A stretch of 64,000 bases of DNA from Epiperipatus broadwayi (Eukaryota; Animalia; Onychophora), in NCBI GenBank assembly GCA_028023455.1, contig JAQFVV010000003.1, positions 11,780,001 through 11,844,000 of the forward strand, written 5' to 3'. The position numbers were made by a program, and so were the translations under genes. Numbering within the stretch: the stretch's first letter is position 1; each line of letters opens with the position of its first letter. The notes under the pieces are model-generated. The model was given only the letters and a program-made list of their open reading frames with translations. It had not been told where the DNA came from and ran no database searches. Positions 26,105 to 37,570 of this stretch are shown here, one piece after another.

Positions 26105-27395
26105 ATATAAGTAAACAAAATAATTAAATAACTAGCATAGTTCTATATATATAAAACAGTCTTTAAATAGACTATTTTAGGACAATAATCTCATTAATAA
26201 TCACTTATGATGTAAATGGAAAGAAAGGGTATTTATTATTCATCACACTTGCCGATAGCTGCATAGTGACAATTTGAGCTATTTGTTTATCCAGTTATAA
26301 ATTCTAGCTAAGAATATCTAAAAACACTTTTATTAATTAATATCGGATGTTTGGATACCTGGGAAAAAACCTTAAGATTGAATGGAAACTGAAAAAAAAA
26401 ATACAAGTTCTTAACCGGAAGATATTCAATCCAGATAATAGGTATGAAAGTTGAATGTATTATCACTACACTACAAGACTTTGGAAGATAATTTTAATAA
26501 AATCATCCATTTATAATTAAATACATCTCTTTGTTTATTAGCATAATTATTGTCTATTTAAAATTAGCTGTTAATGTGTAGCAATTCAAGATATTTGTGC
26601 GAGCGCGTGCGTGGGTGTCTAAACATTGTTAATCAATAAAATTGTAAATTTAATCTTATAGCTCTTGTAAGATTCATGCTGTTAGCTTTCGAAAGGGCAA
26701 ACATTTAACTTAATTCTAATGTCTGCGTAAATATTACAAATATAATATTTAAAATTTCTTTTAAATGATTCGATTAATAACATTCAAAACAAAATTTAAC
26801 ATTTCATTTAAATGTATACAAATTAAGAAAATTCAATATTATTAAGAATATTCTTAATTATAAAAAATGGTAAGCTGTCTGCTTAATTCGGTTAAAATTA
26901 TTAGATATTTAAAAAAAAAAAATGTAATGCTGAGTTTGCCTCCATCTCCCCTATATTTGTTTTTGAATTTGTAATATACGGTTCTTTTACACACCCACAA
27001 CGCGCATAAATAAACTATTTTACTTAAAATGATTAATATTTTGAATAAGCAAACATGACACGCTTCGATAATAATATTAGATTAAAACTAAAACTTTTAA
27101 TTCAGTAAAATCTACACAATTGAAGCAAAGTCAAATTCATGGCTACAAATACTTTAAGAGTTATTATCAAAGCTTATATTCATTTATTTTCACCAGAAGT
27201 ATAAAAAAAATTAACAAAGCAGGCAGCGGTAATTATAATTTCTAAAAATAAATGAAGATAATTCGAAAAAAAAAAAAAAACTGTATAGATCTACATCAAT
27301 TATTTCTTATGCAAAGTTATATCAATATTAACTGACTGTAAATATAAACGCTACTGTTTCTGATTATACAAAGTCTTTATCATTATAAAACTACA

Positions 27396-27784
27396 TCCAC
27401 TAAACATTGCTTGATCACCACTCTTCACGCTTACACAAACTCTTTATACAGAGGCAAAACTCTCCACACAGTAGTCTACTCAATGCAAGCCAGAGTAAAC
27501 AATGGATGCAGAAAGGTTTGTGCATAAAATCCCTTTCTAGTTCCTACTCATTCAATATCCCCAGACAAGTTTCTAGCTTGTGGTTTTCATCAATGATCCT
27601 AAGATCTAGGTGCAGTGCTCTCAGATTCAAACTCCTCGCTGATGAAAACCACAAGCTAGAAACTAATCTGGGGATATTGGATGAGTAAGCGCTAGATAGG
27701 GATATTATGCACTAACCTTTCTGCATCCATTGATTATTCTGGCTTGCACTGAGTGGCACTACTATATGGAGAGTTTTGCCTCTG
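27396..27784. mobile_element. family A inverted element with two degenerate hammerheads (plus 27633-27674; minus ~27558-27596)
   Basis: Arms pair around a junction near 27596. Plus core UCCUCG CUGAUGA AAAC(cacaa)GCUA GAA ACUAAU C UGGGGA. TSD tataaaa(a)ctaca at 27384-27395 and 27785-27797. Confidence 0.8.
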
Positions 27785-28199
27785 TATAAAAACTACACTC
27801 CAAACAAAGTGTTTAATAAGGCTTTACTGTAATCAAATTTATCTAGACCTTAGCCTGCTTATCCACTGCAATTTTCATTTAATCATAATAAATATCCAAC
27901 ATTTTATGTACTCAAAAACACTAACCTTCTCTATAACTTTTTATCCAATTACAATTTTTATTATATCCAACTATATTTAACAAAGTGCAGCAGCTGTGAT
28001 TAGATTCCATAGTGTCACTAAGGACCATCACTCTAAAACTTTTACAGTAGTTTTAGAGAAAGTGTTAAAAATAAAATCAATGAGAATAAAAATAAATGAA
28101 GATTATTTAAGTTTGTTTTTTATAAATAAATATAAATAAATAATGCTGGAGAACTACAAGAAATGTTATAGAAGCTTTATTATGAAAGTACAATGATGA

Positions 28200-28620
28200 A
28201 TTAAAACAAGTTATACAATTACAAATATTTAGGTATAATTACTAATACAGTATAAACAAATTTAGATAGAGTGATTTCCATAAAAATAACAATATTATTT
28301 ACATGTTTCTGTACTTAAAAAAAAATAGGTTTTTAATGAAAGTATTCTTCCAGTGCTTTGAAATCTGGACATTTAACAGATGAGTAACACAGATTCTCAG
28401 ACTACATAGAATATAGAGAGATATATGTTAGGATTAATAAGACTGCAATAAAAGAACAAATAGGTATCATTAACATCAGTGAAAGACTTAACCAGGCTGA
28501 GATCAAATTGGACTACCATATTGCTAGAAGAAACAATATATGGACAACTGAAATTATAAACTGGATCTGAGAGAAAGACTAAATGTGACCTATTGGATGA
28601 CATTAAAAAGTTTGTTTGGA
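28200..28620 (+). mobile_element. decayed RTE 3' fragment
   Basis: Resembles 25500-26000 (tacaaatatttagg, gttttaatgaa..tcttcca, catattgctagaag, aactggat). Confidence 0.5.
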
Positions 28621-29366
28621 TAATGTGAAAAAAGGAAGTTATGTATCAGAGAAACTATACTAAATTTGTAAAACTCATCTTAATATTAATATCATGTATA
28701 TTCTTTATTACTTTTAGAACTCATCTTCTAATATAATGATAAAGACAGAAAAGAAAAAATGTGATTAGTGATCCAAAAAAAAAGAACTATGCAGAAATAC
28801 TGGAAATATTGAGCAAAAGGTTTAGGCTTAGACAACATAACTAATAATGATAATGATGTTGATATGATTATATTTTGAAAAAACATTTTTGAAAAATGCA
28901 ATCTTAAGCTTATACATATATTTTTTCCTAAATATAGATTCCACAGTAATCTGAGTAACAAAGTATTTCAATTAATCCAGTAGATATACTTAATCATCAG
29001 TATTGATAGTTTAATAATGCTTATCAAGAACTTAAAGATAAATTAATCTAAATACACTCTAACAGGGTTTATTTTATGCTGTAGTTTTAAACATGGTACA
29101 ATATTAAATATGAAATGCTAAAAAAAAAAGTTAAAATATTAACAAATTATTATCAATAATCATGCATTATCCTACTGCTTACACTCTTAAATATTATTTT
29201 TACATATAATTTCAAATTATTAAACATCACATGATTACCATCTCTATACTAGCACATAATTGTAAACAAAGGCAAAACTCTCCATACAGTAGTGCCAAAC
29301 AGAGTAATCAATGGATGCCAGAAGGCTTGTGCATAAAATCCCTATCTAGTGCCTACTCATCCAATA

Positions 29367-29408
29367 TCCCCAGACTAGTTTCTGGCTTGTGGCCATCATC
29401 AGTGAGGA
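29367..29408 (-). ncRNA. family A minimal type-I hammerhead ribozyme (best copy)
   Basis: UCCUCA CUGAUGA UGGC(cacaa)GCCA GAA ACUAGU C UGGGGA. Canonical core, GUC site, palindromic stem III. Confidence 0.85.
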
Positions 29409-29819
29409 GCCTTGAATCAGAACACTGCACCTACATCTTAGGATCTAATTCAACCATCCAGCAGCCACCTTGTAACTCTACTTTACTATAAAACTATGAG
29501 GATGAAATTGAAAACACAATAATATTTTCAATCTAAGCTCAATAGCTTATATAGTCATATGGGTCTGAACTCAATTTAGCACCCATACATTTTGGTCTCT
29601 TTGGCTCTTAAACAACCATATCCACCACTATCCTATTAGGCAGGATTGGTGTTAAATCACTAAACATCACATGATCACCATATCTATACTAGCACATAAT
29701 TGTTGTAAACAAAGGCAAAACTCTCCATACAGTAGTGCCATCCTGTGCCAAAAAGAGTAATCAATGGATGCCAGAAGGCTTGTGCATAAAATCCCTATCT
29801 AGTGCCTACTCATCCAATA

Positions 29820-29859
29820 TCCCGACTAGTTTCTGGCTTGTGGCCATCATCAGTGAGGA
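29820..29859 (-). ncRNA. family A hammerhead, 2-nt deletion in the stem I 3' strand
   Basis: Core and stems II/III intact. GUC is followed by GGGA instead of UGGGGA. Confidence 0.65.
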
Positions 29860-30275
29860 ACCTTGGATATGAGAGCACTGCACCTAGATCTTAGGATCTA
29901 ATGCAACCCTCCAGCAGCCACCTTTTAACTTTACTTTACTACAAAACTATGAGAATGAAATTGAAAATACAATATTTTTTTATCTAAGCTCAATAGCTTA
30001 TATAGTCATATGGGTCTGAACTCAATTCAGCACCAATACATTTTGGTGTCTTTGGCTCTTAAACAACCATAGCATAGCCACCACTATCCTATTAGGCAGG
30101 ATTGGTGTTAAACCACTAAACATCACATTATCACCATCTCTATACTAGCACATAATTGTTGTAAACAAAGGCAAAACTCTCCATACAGTAGTGCCACCCT
30201 GTGCCAAACAGAGTAATCAATGGATGCCAGAAGGCTTGTGCATAAAATCCCTATCTAGTGCCTACTCATCCAATA

Positions 30276-30317
30276 TCCCAAGACTAGTTTCTGGCTTGTG
30301 GCCATCATCAGTGAGGA
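30276..30317 (-). ncRNA. family A hammerhead, one stem I mismatch
   Basis: Core intact. Extended stem I AUCCAA/UUGGAU beyond a GGC/UA internal loop. Confidence 0.75.
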
Positions 30318-30820
30318 GCCTTGGATCTGAGAACACTGCACCTAGATCTTAGGATCTAATGCAACCCTCCAGCAGCCACCTTTTAACTCTACTTTACTAC
30401 AAAACTATGAGAATGAAATTTTAAAAACACAATAATATTTTCAATCTAAGCTCAATAGCTTATATAGTCATATGGGTCCGAACTCAATTCAGCATGCTAC
30501 TGTATGGAGAGTTTTGCCTTTGTTTACAACAATTATGTGCTAGTATAGAGATGGTGATCATGTGATGTTTAGTGGTTTAACACCAATCCTGCCTAATAGG
30601 ATAGTAGTGGCTATGGTTGTTTAAGAGCCAAAGACACCAAAATGTATGGGTGCTGAATTGAGTTCAGACCCATTTGACTATATAAGCTATTGAGCTTAGA
30701 TTGAAAATATTATTGTGTTTTCAATTTCATTCTCATAGTTTTATAGTAGAGTTAAACGGTGGCTGTTGGAGGGTTGCATTAGATCCTAAGATCTGGGTGC
30801 AGTGCTCTCAAATCCAAGGC

Positions 30821-30862
30821 TCCTCACTGATGACGTCCACAAGCCAGAAACTAGTCTTGGAA
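30821..30862 (+). ncRNA. family A hammerhead, degenerate (stem II disrupted)
   Basis: UCCUCA CUGAUGA CGUC(cacaa)GCCA GAA ACUAGU C UUGGAA. Confidence 0.6.
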
Positions 30863-31011
30863 TATTGGATAAGTAGCCACTAGATATGGATTTATGCATA
30901 AGCCTTCTGGCATTCATTGATTACTCTGTTTGGCACAGTGTGGCACTACTGTATGTAGAATTTTGCCTTTGTTTACAACAATTATGTGCTAGTTTAGAGA
31001 TGGTGATCATG

Positions 31012-32355
31012 AAATGTCTAAATGATAAAGATGTACCAGATGATTGAAAGAATGCAGTACTAATATTTAAAAAAGGTGATAAAGAAGATAAATTACAGAC
31101 CCATTAACCTTTTATCAGTTTTATACAAATTTTTTACCAAGATAATTACAACTCATCTACAGAGAACATTGGATTTCCACTAACCAAGAGAACAAGCTGG
31201 ATTTAAAAGTCATTTTAGTACAGTAGATCATATTAGGTATTGAGAGAAGTTATAGAAAGGACAAATGAATATGAGTTGCCATTGTGCTTTGGATTTGTAG
31301 ATTATGAAAAGGCATTTGATTCTATAAACATTTCTTCAGTAATTAAAGCATTGGATCATCAAGGTATAGATCCAGGATATTGTCATATTTTAAAAAATAT
31401 TTATAAAAATGCAACAGCAACAATTAGATTACATAATGCTACTGGAAAGTCAACATTGAGAAGGGTGTAAGACAGGGTGACTCTATATCTCCAAAACTTT
31501 TTACAGCAGTGCTACAAGAAGTATTTTGTGGATTAAAATGGGTAGCTAAAGGAGTGAAAGTAAATGGAGATTATTTAAGTCATTTAGATTTTTGAAGACG
31601 ATGTAGTTGTTTTTGCAAATAATGCTTTAGAGTTGCAGGAAATGTTGCAGGAGTTATCAGATGAAAGTAGAAAGTAGGACTAAAGATAAATGTTAAAAGA
31701 CTAAAGTAAAGTTTTCTCAAAGTATGAAAATTAAGATAGATTATGATGAGTTAGAAGAAGTTAACAGTTCAAATACCTTGGTTAAATTATTAATACAGAT
31801 GGAAACATAATGGATGAAATTAATCATAGAATTAAACTTAGTTGGAGTGCTTTTGGTAGAAATAACTTGATACTAAAAGGAAATATGCCTATGTGTTTGA
31901 AAAAAAGTTTTTAATAAATGTGTTTTACCAGTTTTTACTTATGGATCTGAGACTTGGACACTTAATAGTAGAGCAATACAGAGACTTCAGACCACTCAAA
32001 TAAGTATGGAGAGATGCATGTTGGGAGTAACAAGAAAAGATCGAAAACACAATATATGGGTAAGAGAACAAACAGGTGTTACTGACCTTATTGAAAAAAT
32101 TAAAAGACTGGAGTTGGGCTGGACATATTGCTAGAAGAAATGATAATGAACAATTGAAATCTTAAACTGGGTTCCAAGAGATTGTAAAAGACCCAGATTG
32201 TAAAAGACCCAGAAAGAGAACACATGTGAGATGGATGGATGAAATAAGAAAGAAAGTGTGCAGATGTGATGTGGAGAAGAGAAGCTAAAGATCGAAGGCG
32301 ATAGATTGAACTTGGAGAGACCTTCATCCTGCAGTGTATTGATAATGTTTGATAA
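31012..32355 (+). mobile_element. 5'-truncated RTE-clade LINE (RT), same family as 25179-26104
   Basis: KCLNDKDVPDD*KNA..NYRPINLLS..REQAGF..FVDYEKAFDS..VRQGD, then a GAT-rich tail. Possible TSD tgatcatg at 31004-31011 and 32356-32363. Confidence 0.88.
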
Positions 32356-32399
32356 TGATCATGATGATGATAAAACAAAAAAGGCTGGCAAAAATAATT

Positions 32400-33860
32400 T
32401 GAGAAAAATACAAATCTAAATGACTACTTGAGAGTGTCTAGAAATAATGATGGAAAGGTTACATAAAAGAAAGAAAAAAAACAACCCAAAAAGTAAATTA
32501 AATATTAATTAAAAGCAAATTTTTAAAAAATCATTACCCGAAATAAATAAAATTTCAAATAAATAAATAATAACTATATTCAAAATGAAAAGTAGAAAAC
32601 GAATAGTAATCATCTTGATGATAGAAAATATGGGGAAGACTATAACCATTATATAAATGCTGCAAGACCATAAAAAAATCTCTGGAGAAAAAAAATTAAT
32701 GAAAATCAAATAAGAGTTGAAATAAATAAATCAAAAGAATGAAGCCATATAAGAATATCTGGAAAAAAAATGGATGGCAATTAAGTGAAAATTAATCAGA
32801 GGAATGAACTTGAAGAAAATAATGAAGAAAACAGATGAATTATTTAGTCAACAAAAAATCTTAAATCAGAGACTGAAGAAAGAGAGATTACTCTGAGGAG
32901 CAAAAATAATTAAGAAAAATAGATTGAAAATATCAAAGGATTGAAGATGTAATGAAAAAATAAAGTAGATATAGCTTTAAAAGCATACAATAAATTCAAG
33001 AATGAAAAGAAGAAGAGAGTAGATAAAAATGAACCTACAGAAAATAATCAAGAGAGCTGAGAAAATTCTGCAGAAAATTGAAAAGTTATCAACAAGATAA
33101 TAGAAAGAATTAAAAAGATGAAGCTAGAGGACAATAATAGAAAGATGAAAATGAGACTGAAAGTATATATAAAAATAATGTGGCCAGATTATCAAAAAAG
33201 AAATAGAAAAAATTATAAAAAAAATGAATCAAATAAAAATAGTGAAATCCAAGAGTAGAAAAGCAAACAGGAAAGATTTAGGAAAGAGTACCAGATAAAG
33301 AAAAGCGAACTGAAGCAGAAATGGAAATATTAAAACATATATATCTGAAAAAAGGAAAACAAAATAAAACTTAAAAAAATTCTAGTGGATAAGAAAGAAC
33401 TGAGATCATCATCAAAACATTATGACCTGGATTAACCAACCATTTTTTAAAAACGAAGATCTTATCCAGTAAAGATGTGGGAATCCTAATCCAAGATTTA
33501 AACAGCCTAGAAAATTACTTTGTACTATACCTCCTGAATAAACAAAAAAAATGGGAACTGCAAATGGTCACCTGTAAAGATTGATTAAAGAATTGTTGAA
33601 CTGTCTTATTAGGGCACTGAGATACTTTATAGAATCCAGAAACTAACCATCACATAGAAATTGATAAAAATACATATGCATGCCTCAAGTATGAGAGCAT
33701 GTATATACTAAATGAGCATATGTCCAATTGAAATAAAAAATTATAGATTAAGAAGAAACAGTAAAAAGAAGAAATCTGCTCATATGACAATGGAAAATAT
33801 TCCTATACCTCAACCAAGTAACCACTCATTACTTTTGCTCTAAAAGATGAAAATGGAAAA
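32400..33860 (+). mobile_element. possible highly decayed LINE ORF1 tail/APE fragment
   Basis: K/E-rich purine-biased stretch followed by weak APE-like fragments (..SNHSLLL near 33820). Confidence 0.3.
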
Positions 33861-34725
33861 ATCAGAACTCTTATATATATATATAAAATTTCTATTAACT
33901 TTTGCCTTTGACAAAATAGTCTTATTGGTCAGAATATCATCTTAAATTCAGTATTTATAAAGATAACTAGTTTATTTTATAGATGAGCATTTTCAGATTA
34001 ACTTTATCCACAATAAATCAAAAAATTTTATAGTCTTGAGAATAAAAACTATATAATAAAACACATAACATTAAGTTCAACAATTATTATGTAAAATTCA
34101 TGAATGATAAAAAACAATCAAACAAAAATTCTTTAATTGAACAATTTTATTCTCTACTTCTGTTATTAAAAGTATATTTTAATCAAAACATTATTACATA
34201 GAAATAAAAATTTAATACAATTTTAATATAAAAAATTAATTTATTAAATATATCAGTAAAATTATTTAAATGAAAAGATATAGAAGATTTGAACTCAGAT
34301 TTTCAAGCACCCTTCAACTATTCACACTATCTCATACAACTGATACATATGACCACACACATGTAAAAAAGATTAATAATCACCAATCCAGCCCTCATCA
34401 GTTGGTCCAGATTATCATCTCTCACACATATATATAATCAATGCTCAGTTTATATTAAGATAGCAAATCTTCATACTTTAATGGACAGGCTTCAATCCAC
34501 TATAACCTCCAACTTTTCAGCCATCCATATCATTGAAAATCTGATGGCAATAATATTAGCATCAGCATGGGATTTGAGTTTTCATCATCAGATTTTCAAT
34601 GATATGGATGGCTGAAAAGTTGGAGGTTGTAGTGGATTGAAGCCTGTCCATTAAAGTATGAAGATTTGCTATCTTAATATAAACTGAGCATTGATTTTAT
34701 ATGTGTGTGAGAGATGATAGTCTGG

Positions 34726-34769
34726 ACCAACTGATGATTGCTGGTTTAGCATGAAATGCGTATATTGAT
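34726..34769 (+). ncRNA. family B type-I hammerhead
   Basis: ACCAA CUGAUGA UUGCU(gguuu)AGCAU GAA AUGCGUAU A UUGAU. The left-arm counterpart (~34380-34408) has an internal deletion. Confidence 0.65.
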
Positions 34770-34780
34770 GATTATTAATC

Positions 34781-37570
34781 TTTTTTTTTTCTCAGAGATG
34801 GGATGTTTATTCATCAAAAAAAAAAAAAAACAGATACAATGAAACAAATGAAATTTCAGGAACAAAATGGTAAGAGGGGAAGGATACATGTAAAAAGGGA
34901 ATGGGAAGAGGACAGGGGAAATGGTGTGTAGTTCAGGTTAGAAAAGCACATCTTAGAAAAAGGTAGGAATACAGAAATTTTATGGTGAGCGAGGATAAGC
35001 TGGGTTGGGAGAGATATGAGGAGTACAGTTCTTGCTTCTCCTGCCAGATTTGCACAATGATTCATTCTTGATATTACTTGATGAACCACTGTCTGAGAAA
35101 AATTCAGCAGAGGAAGGTGAGAGAGTGCGAAGGGAGGAGGGTGACGAGGCCCGGGTTGAAGCCAGAGAATTTTTTGCTGAAAGAATTCTTTTTTTCCTTG
35201 TGTGTTCTGAATGTCTGAGACTTGCCCTTGGTTCAGGAAAAGGATCCATTATGATTTGACTGGGAAGATAAAGGATGGAAATCTGGCTGTCAGAGTTGGT
35301 ATCACTATCTGAAGGGTTAGGGCGTACACGCTTCTGATTTTTCTTGTTAGTGGCGGAAGGGCCAGAGTTGGTAGACTCAGACAGGATGATTTCTGAGTTT
35401 GAATAAGTGTTCATGTCCATTAAGGAGCGAACTGTAACAGAGAGTGGTGGGCTGTGAGTGAGACCAAAATTATGTGGCCTAGAGGAAGCTGGAATCTTAC
35501 TGAAAGGTGAGAGAGTGGCCGAATGCTGAAAGATTGAATTGAAGTGAGGTGGAGGTGAGAGGTTAGCTGAAAGAGGATGTTCATATTTATTGGGGCTGTG
35601 CAGAGCACAGATGTGGTTTAGGCCCTTTTCTTTCTGGCAAGAGTTGCATTTATTTTTTTAGGGCAGTCCCAATTAAGGTGGTTGCGGTCTTTGCAGGTGA
35701 AACATTGTGGCCTCATCCCCTCAATTGAAATGACCAAAGGTGCTAGTTCAGCTGCTATTGTTGTGGGAATGCTTTCAAGAGAAATACCTTTTTTAAAGAT
35801 GAATTGAAATAAGGCTGTGTTGGTGAAGGTGAGACCATTGGTGAAAGGATCCCTAAGGTACTCAAATGAGGTAACTTGTCCGAATGCCTCAAGATATTTC
35901 TGTAGGTGCTGCCTCTGCATACCTATGTGGCAGTTTTTGATAAACCCCTTAAGTATGGATGGTCTATCGGTGTCTATTGGAACCATGAACATTTTGTTTA
36001 AAAATTTGAATCTGTTTTTGAAGGCTTGTCTTTGTATTGTGTTGTGAAACTCTAATGCCATGTATCGGTCATTAGGAAGAGTGAGGATTTTATGTATATA
36101 ATCAGTTAGCTTGTGGAGTTTGATAAGGTCATAGAGCTGCTGTGTTGGAAATTTATGGAGTCCACATTGTAGATCTGTAACCGCCAGAATGACAGAGCTG
36201 TCACTCTGGTAGCAACGAAGTGACTTGAGGAGGGGCAGTGGAACTGTTTGGTTATATTGTTCTGAGATCACTGTGTGATTCTCTGGTGTGAGTTGTTTAG
36301 TAGGAATGAAGGTTTCAGAGGTGGCTGAATCATGATTGTTCAGATTGTCCTCATCAAGGCCCCACAGATTTTGAGGGAGCTCCGCCTGAGGTGTTTGTGT
36401 TGTGGTTCTATTAGGACTTTTTGCTAAGATGCTGGATGCAGCCTGAGCATAGGAGTTAGCAAAGACTTGCTGTGGTGATGGATTTTTAATAAGGGATTGC
36501 TCTATAGTGTGACTGATAATAGTGGGAGTAGTGCTGGCAGACTTGGTTGCCCTCGTAGATGGGGAATTATGAGTAGCATCATCTTTGAAGTAGTTATTGT
36601 GTTAAATTTTTAGAGAAATCAGAGTTGGCTGAGGTTTCTGTATTAAACTTAGGTGTAGCAGGCTGTTTTTTACCCTTTATAATGGAGGAGTTTTTATTGT
36701 TCCCAGTTTTGCTTGGAGCAACCTTTTGATTGGTGAGATTACTTTTTTGGAATTGCTTCTTGCCTTTGATGGGGCAAGCCTCACACTGTAGGGGAGGAAA
36801 ATCCAGAGGGTCTGGGGATGGAGATCCTGAAATAGATTCTGTGCTGAAAGTTTCTTTGGAGTTTAATTTAGTTAACATTTTTGGAAGTTTTGAATTTTTG
36901 TTTTTATGAATTTTATGTTTTTGCACATTTTTGCCGCTAGGGGCGGTGGCCATCTTTAAACTGTTTGGAAGAGTTACAGATTATATAAAGAAAAAATATT
37001 GAAGTGAAATCTAAAGAATTTGATTTTAAAAAATGAAGTAATTTCACACTGGAGAGATTGCTAATGTTAATTATAGTTGGTTAATACAAAAATTGATTAG
37101 AAATTAAGGCAGTTTGCAACCCCATAGGGGGGGAGGGAGTGAGAAAAGAAGATCGTTTTTAATGATCATTTTTTAGACCTAAATAATTGTCACAATACAT
37201 AAAAAAATTTGGTAAAAAAGTTTTGAGTGATAAGAGAACTGGTGAGGAAATGAAGTCAATGGTTTAGGAAGAAATAAAACCCTCTATGGTACATAGAACA
37301 GTGAACCTACCCATCAAACAGGGGGAAGAATATGGTAATCTATTGTAGATAATCAGATAGTAGATGCAGTGAAATAATGATGAAATACACTAAAAACTGA
37401 TAATTGTGAATGAAAGGGCACACAAACAGCAAATAATGTTCTTTAAAGGGACAAATACACATAGGGAATACCTCTATAGCAGGAAAACTGACTTTTTAAA
37501 CTCTTTTCAAGAGAGCTGTGAAGCAAGTGATTTTCTTTCTAGAAGCAGCTCCACCTACTACTAGAACTAG
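34781..37570 (-). mobile_element. ORF1-only polyadenylated non-autonomous LINE derivative (half-L1/HAL1-like), ~2.8 kb
   Basis: ~600-nt 5' UTR, ORF1 36953 to ~34980, AATAAA at 34806-34811, A10 tail 34781-34790. No APE or RT motifs. Inserted at a T6|ACATGTG site of family B. Confidence 0.75.
34980..36953 (-). pseudogene. frameshifted ORF1 (SYAQAAS, RRM-like region, CX2CX4HX4C knuckle, Ser/Pro-rich tail)
   Basis: 35618-36271 SVILAVTD..LHKFP..RYMALEF..GFIKN..AFGQ..MRPQCFTCKDRNHLNWDC is collinear with the LINE ORF1 at 7775-8592. Confidence 0.85.

Larger units (their letters stand above)
29221..31011. mobile_element. family A hammerhead tandem array: ~2.8 minus-sense ~455-bp units (29221-30495) plus ~1.1 plus-sense unit (30496-31011); non-coding, retrozyme-like
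   Basis: ggcaaaactc recurs at 29271, 29714 and 30170. Inversion junction near 30495. One HHR per unit. Confidence 0.9.

Noticed and set aside
26345-26485. Possible tRNA-derived SINE on the minus strand (gtagtgtagtgataat..)
   Set aside because: The A-box is weak, the B-box is unconvincing, no cloverleaf forms, and there is no second copy in the window.
28961-29005. CTGATGA...GAAA on the minus strand
   Set aside because: Stem II is offset from GAAA and no credible stem III or stem I forms.
29221-30495. Tandem repeats as a CRISPR array or satellite
   Set aside because: Units are ~455 bp with no unique spacers, the context is eukaryotic, and each unit has a hammerhead.
31004-32363. Chimeric RTE-retrozyme retrocopy formed by template switching
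   Set aside because: tgatcatg flanks the RTE on both sides, so ordinary insertion into the array end is simpler. No TSD brackets the combined structure.
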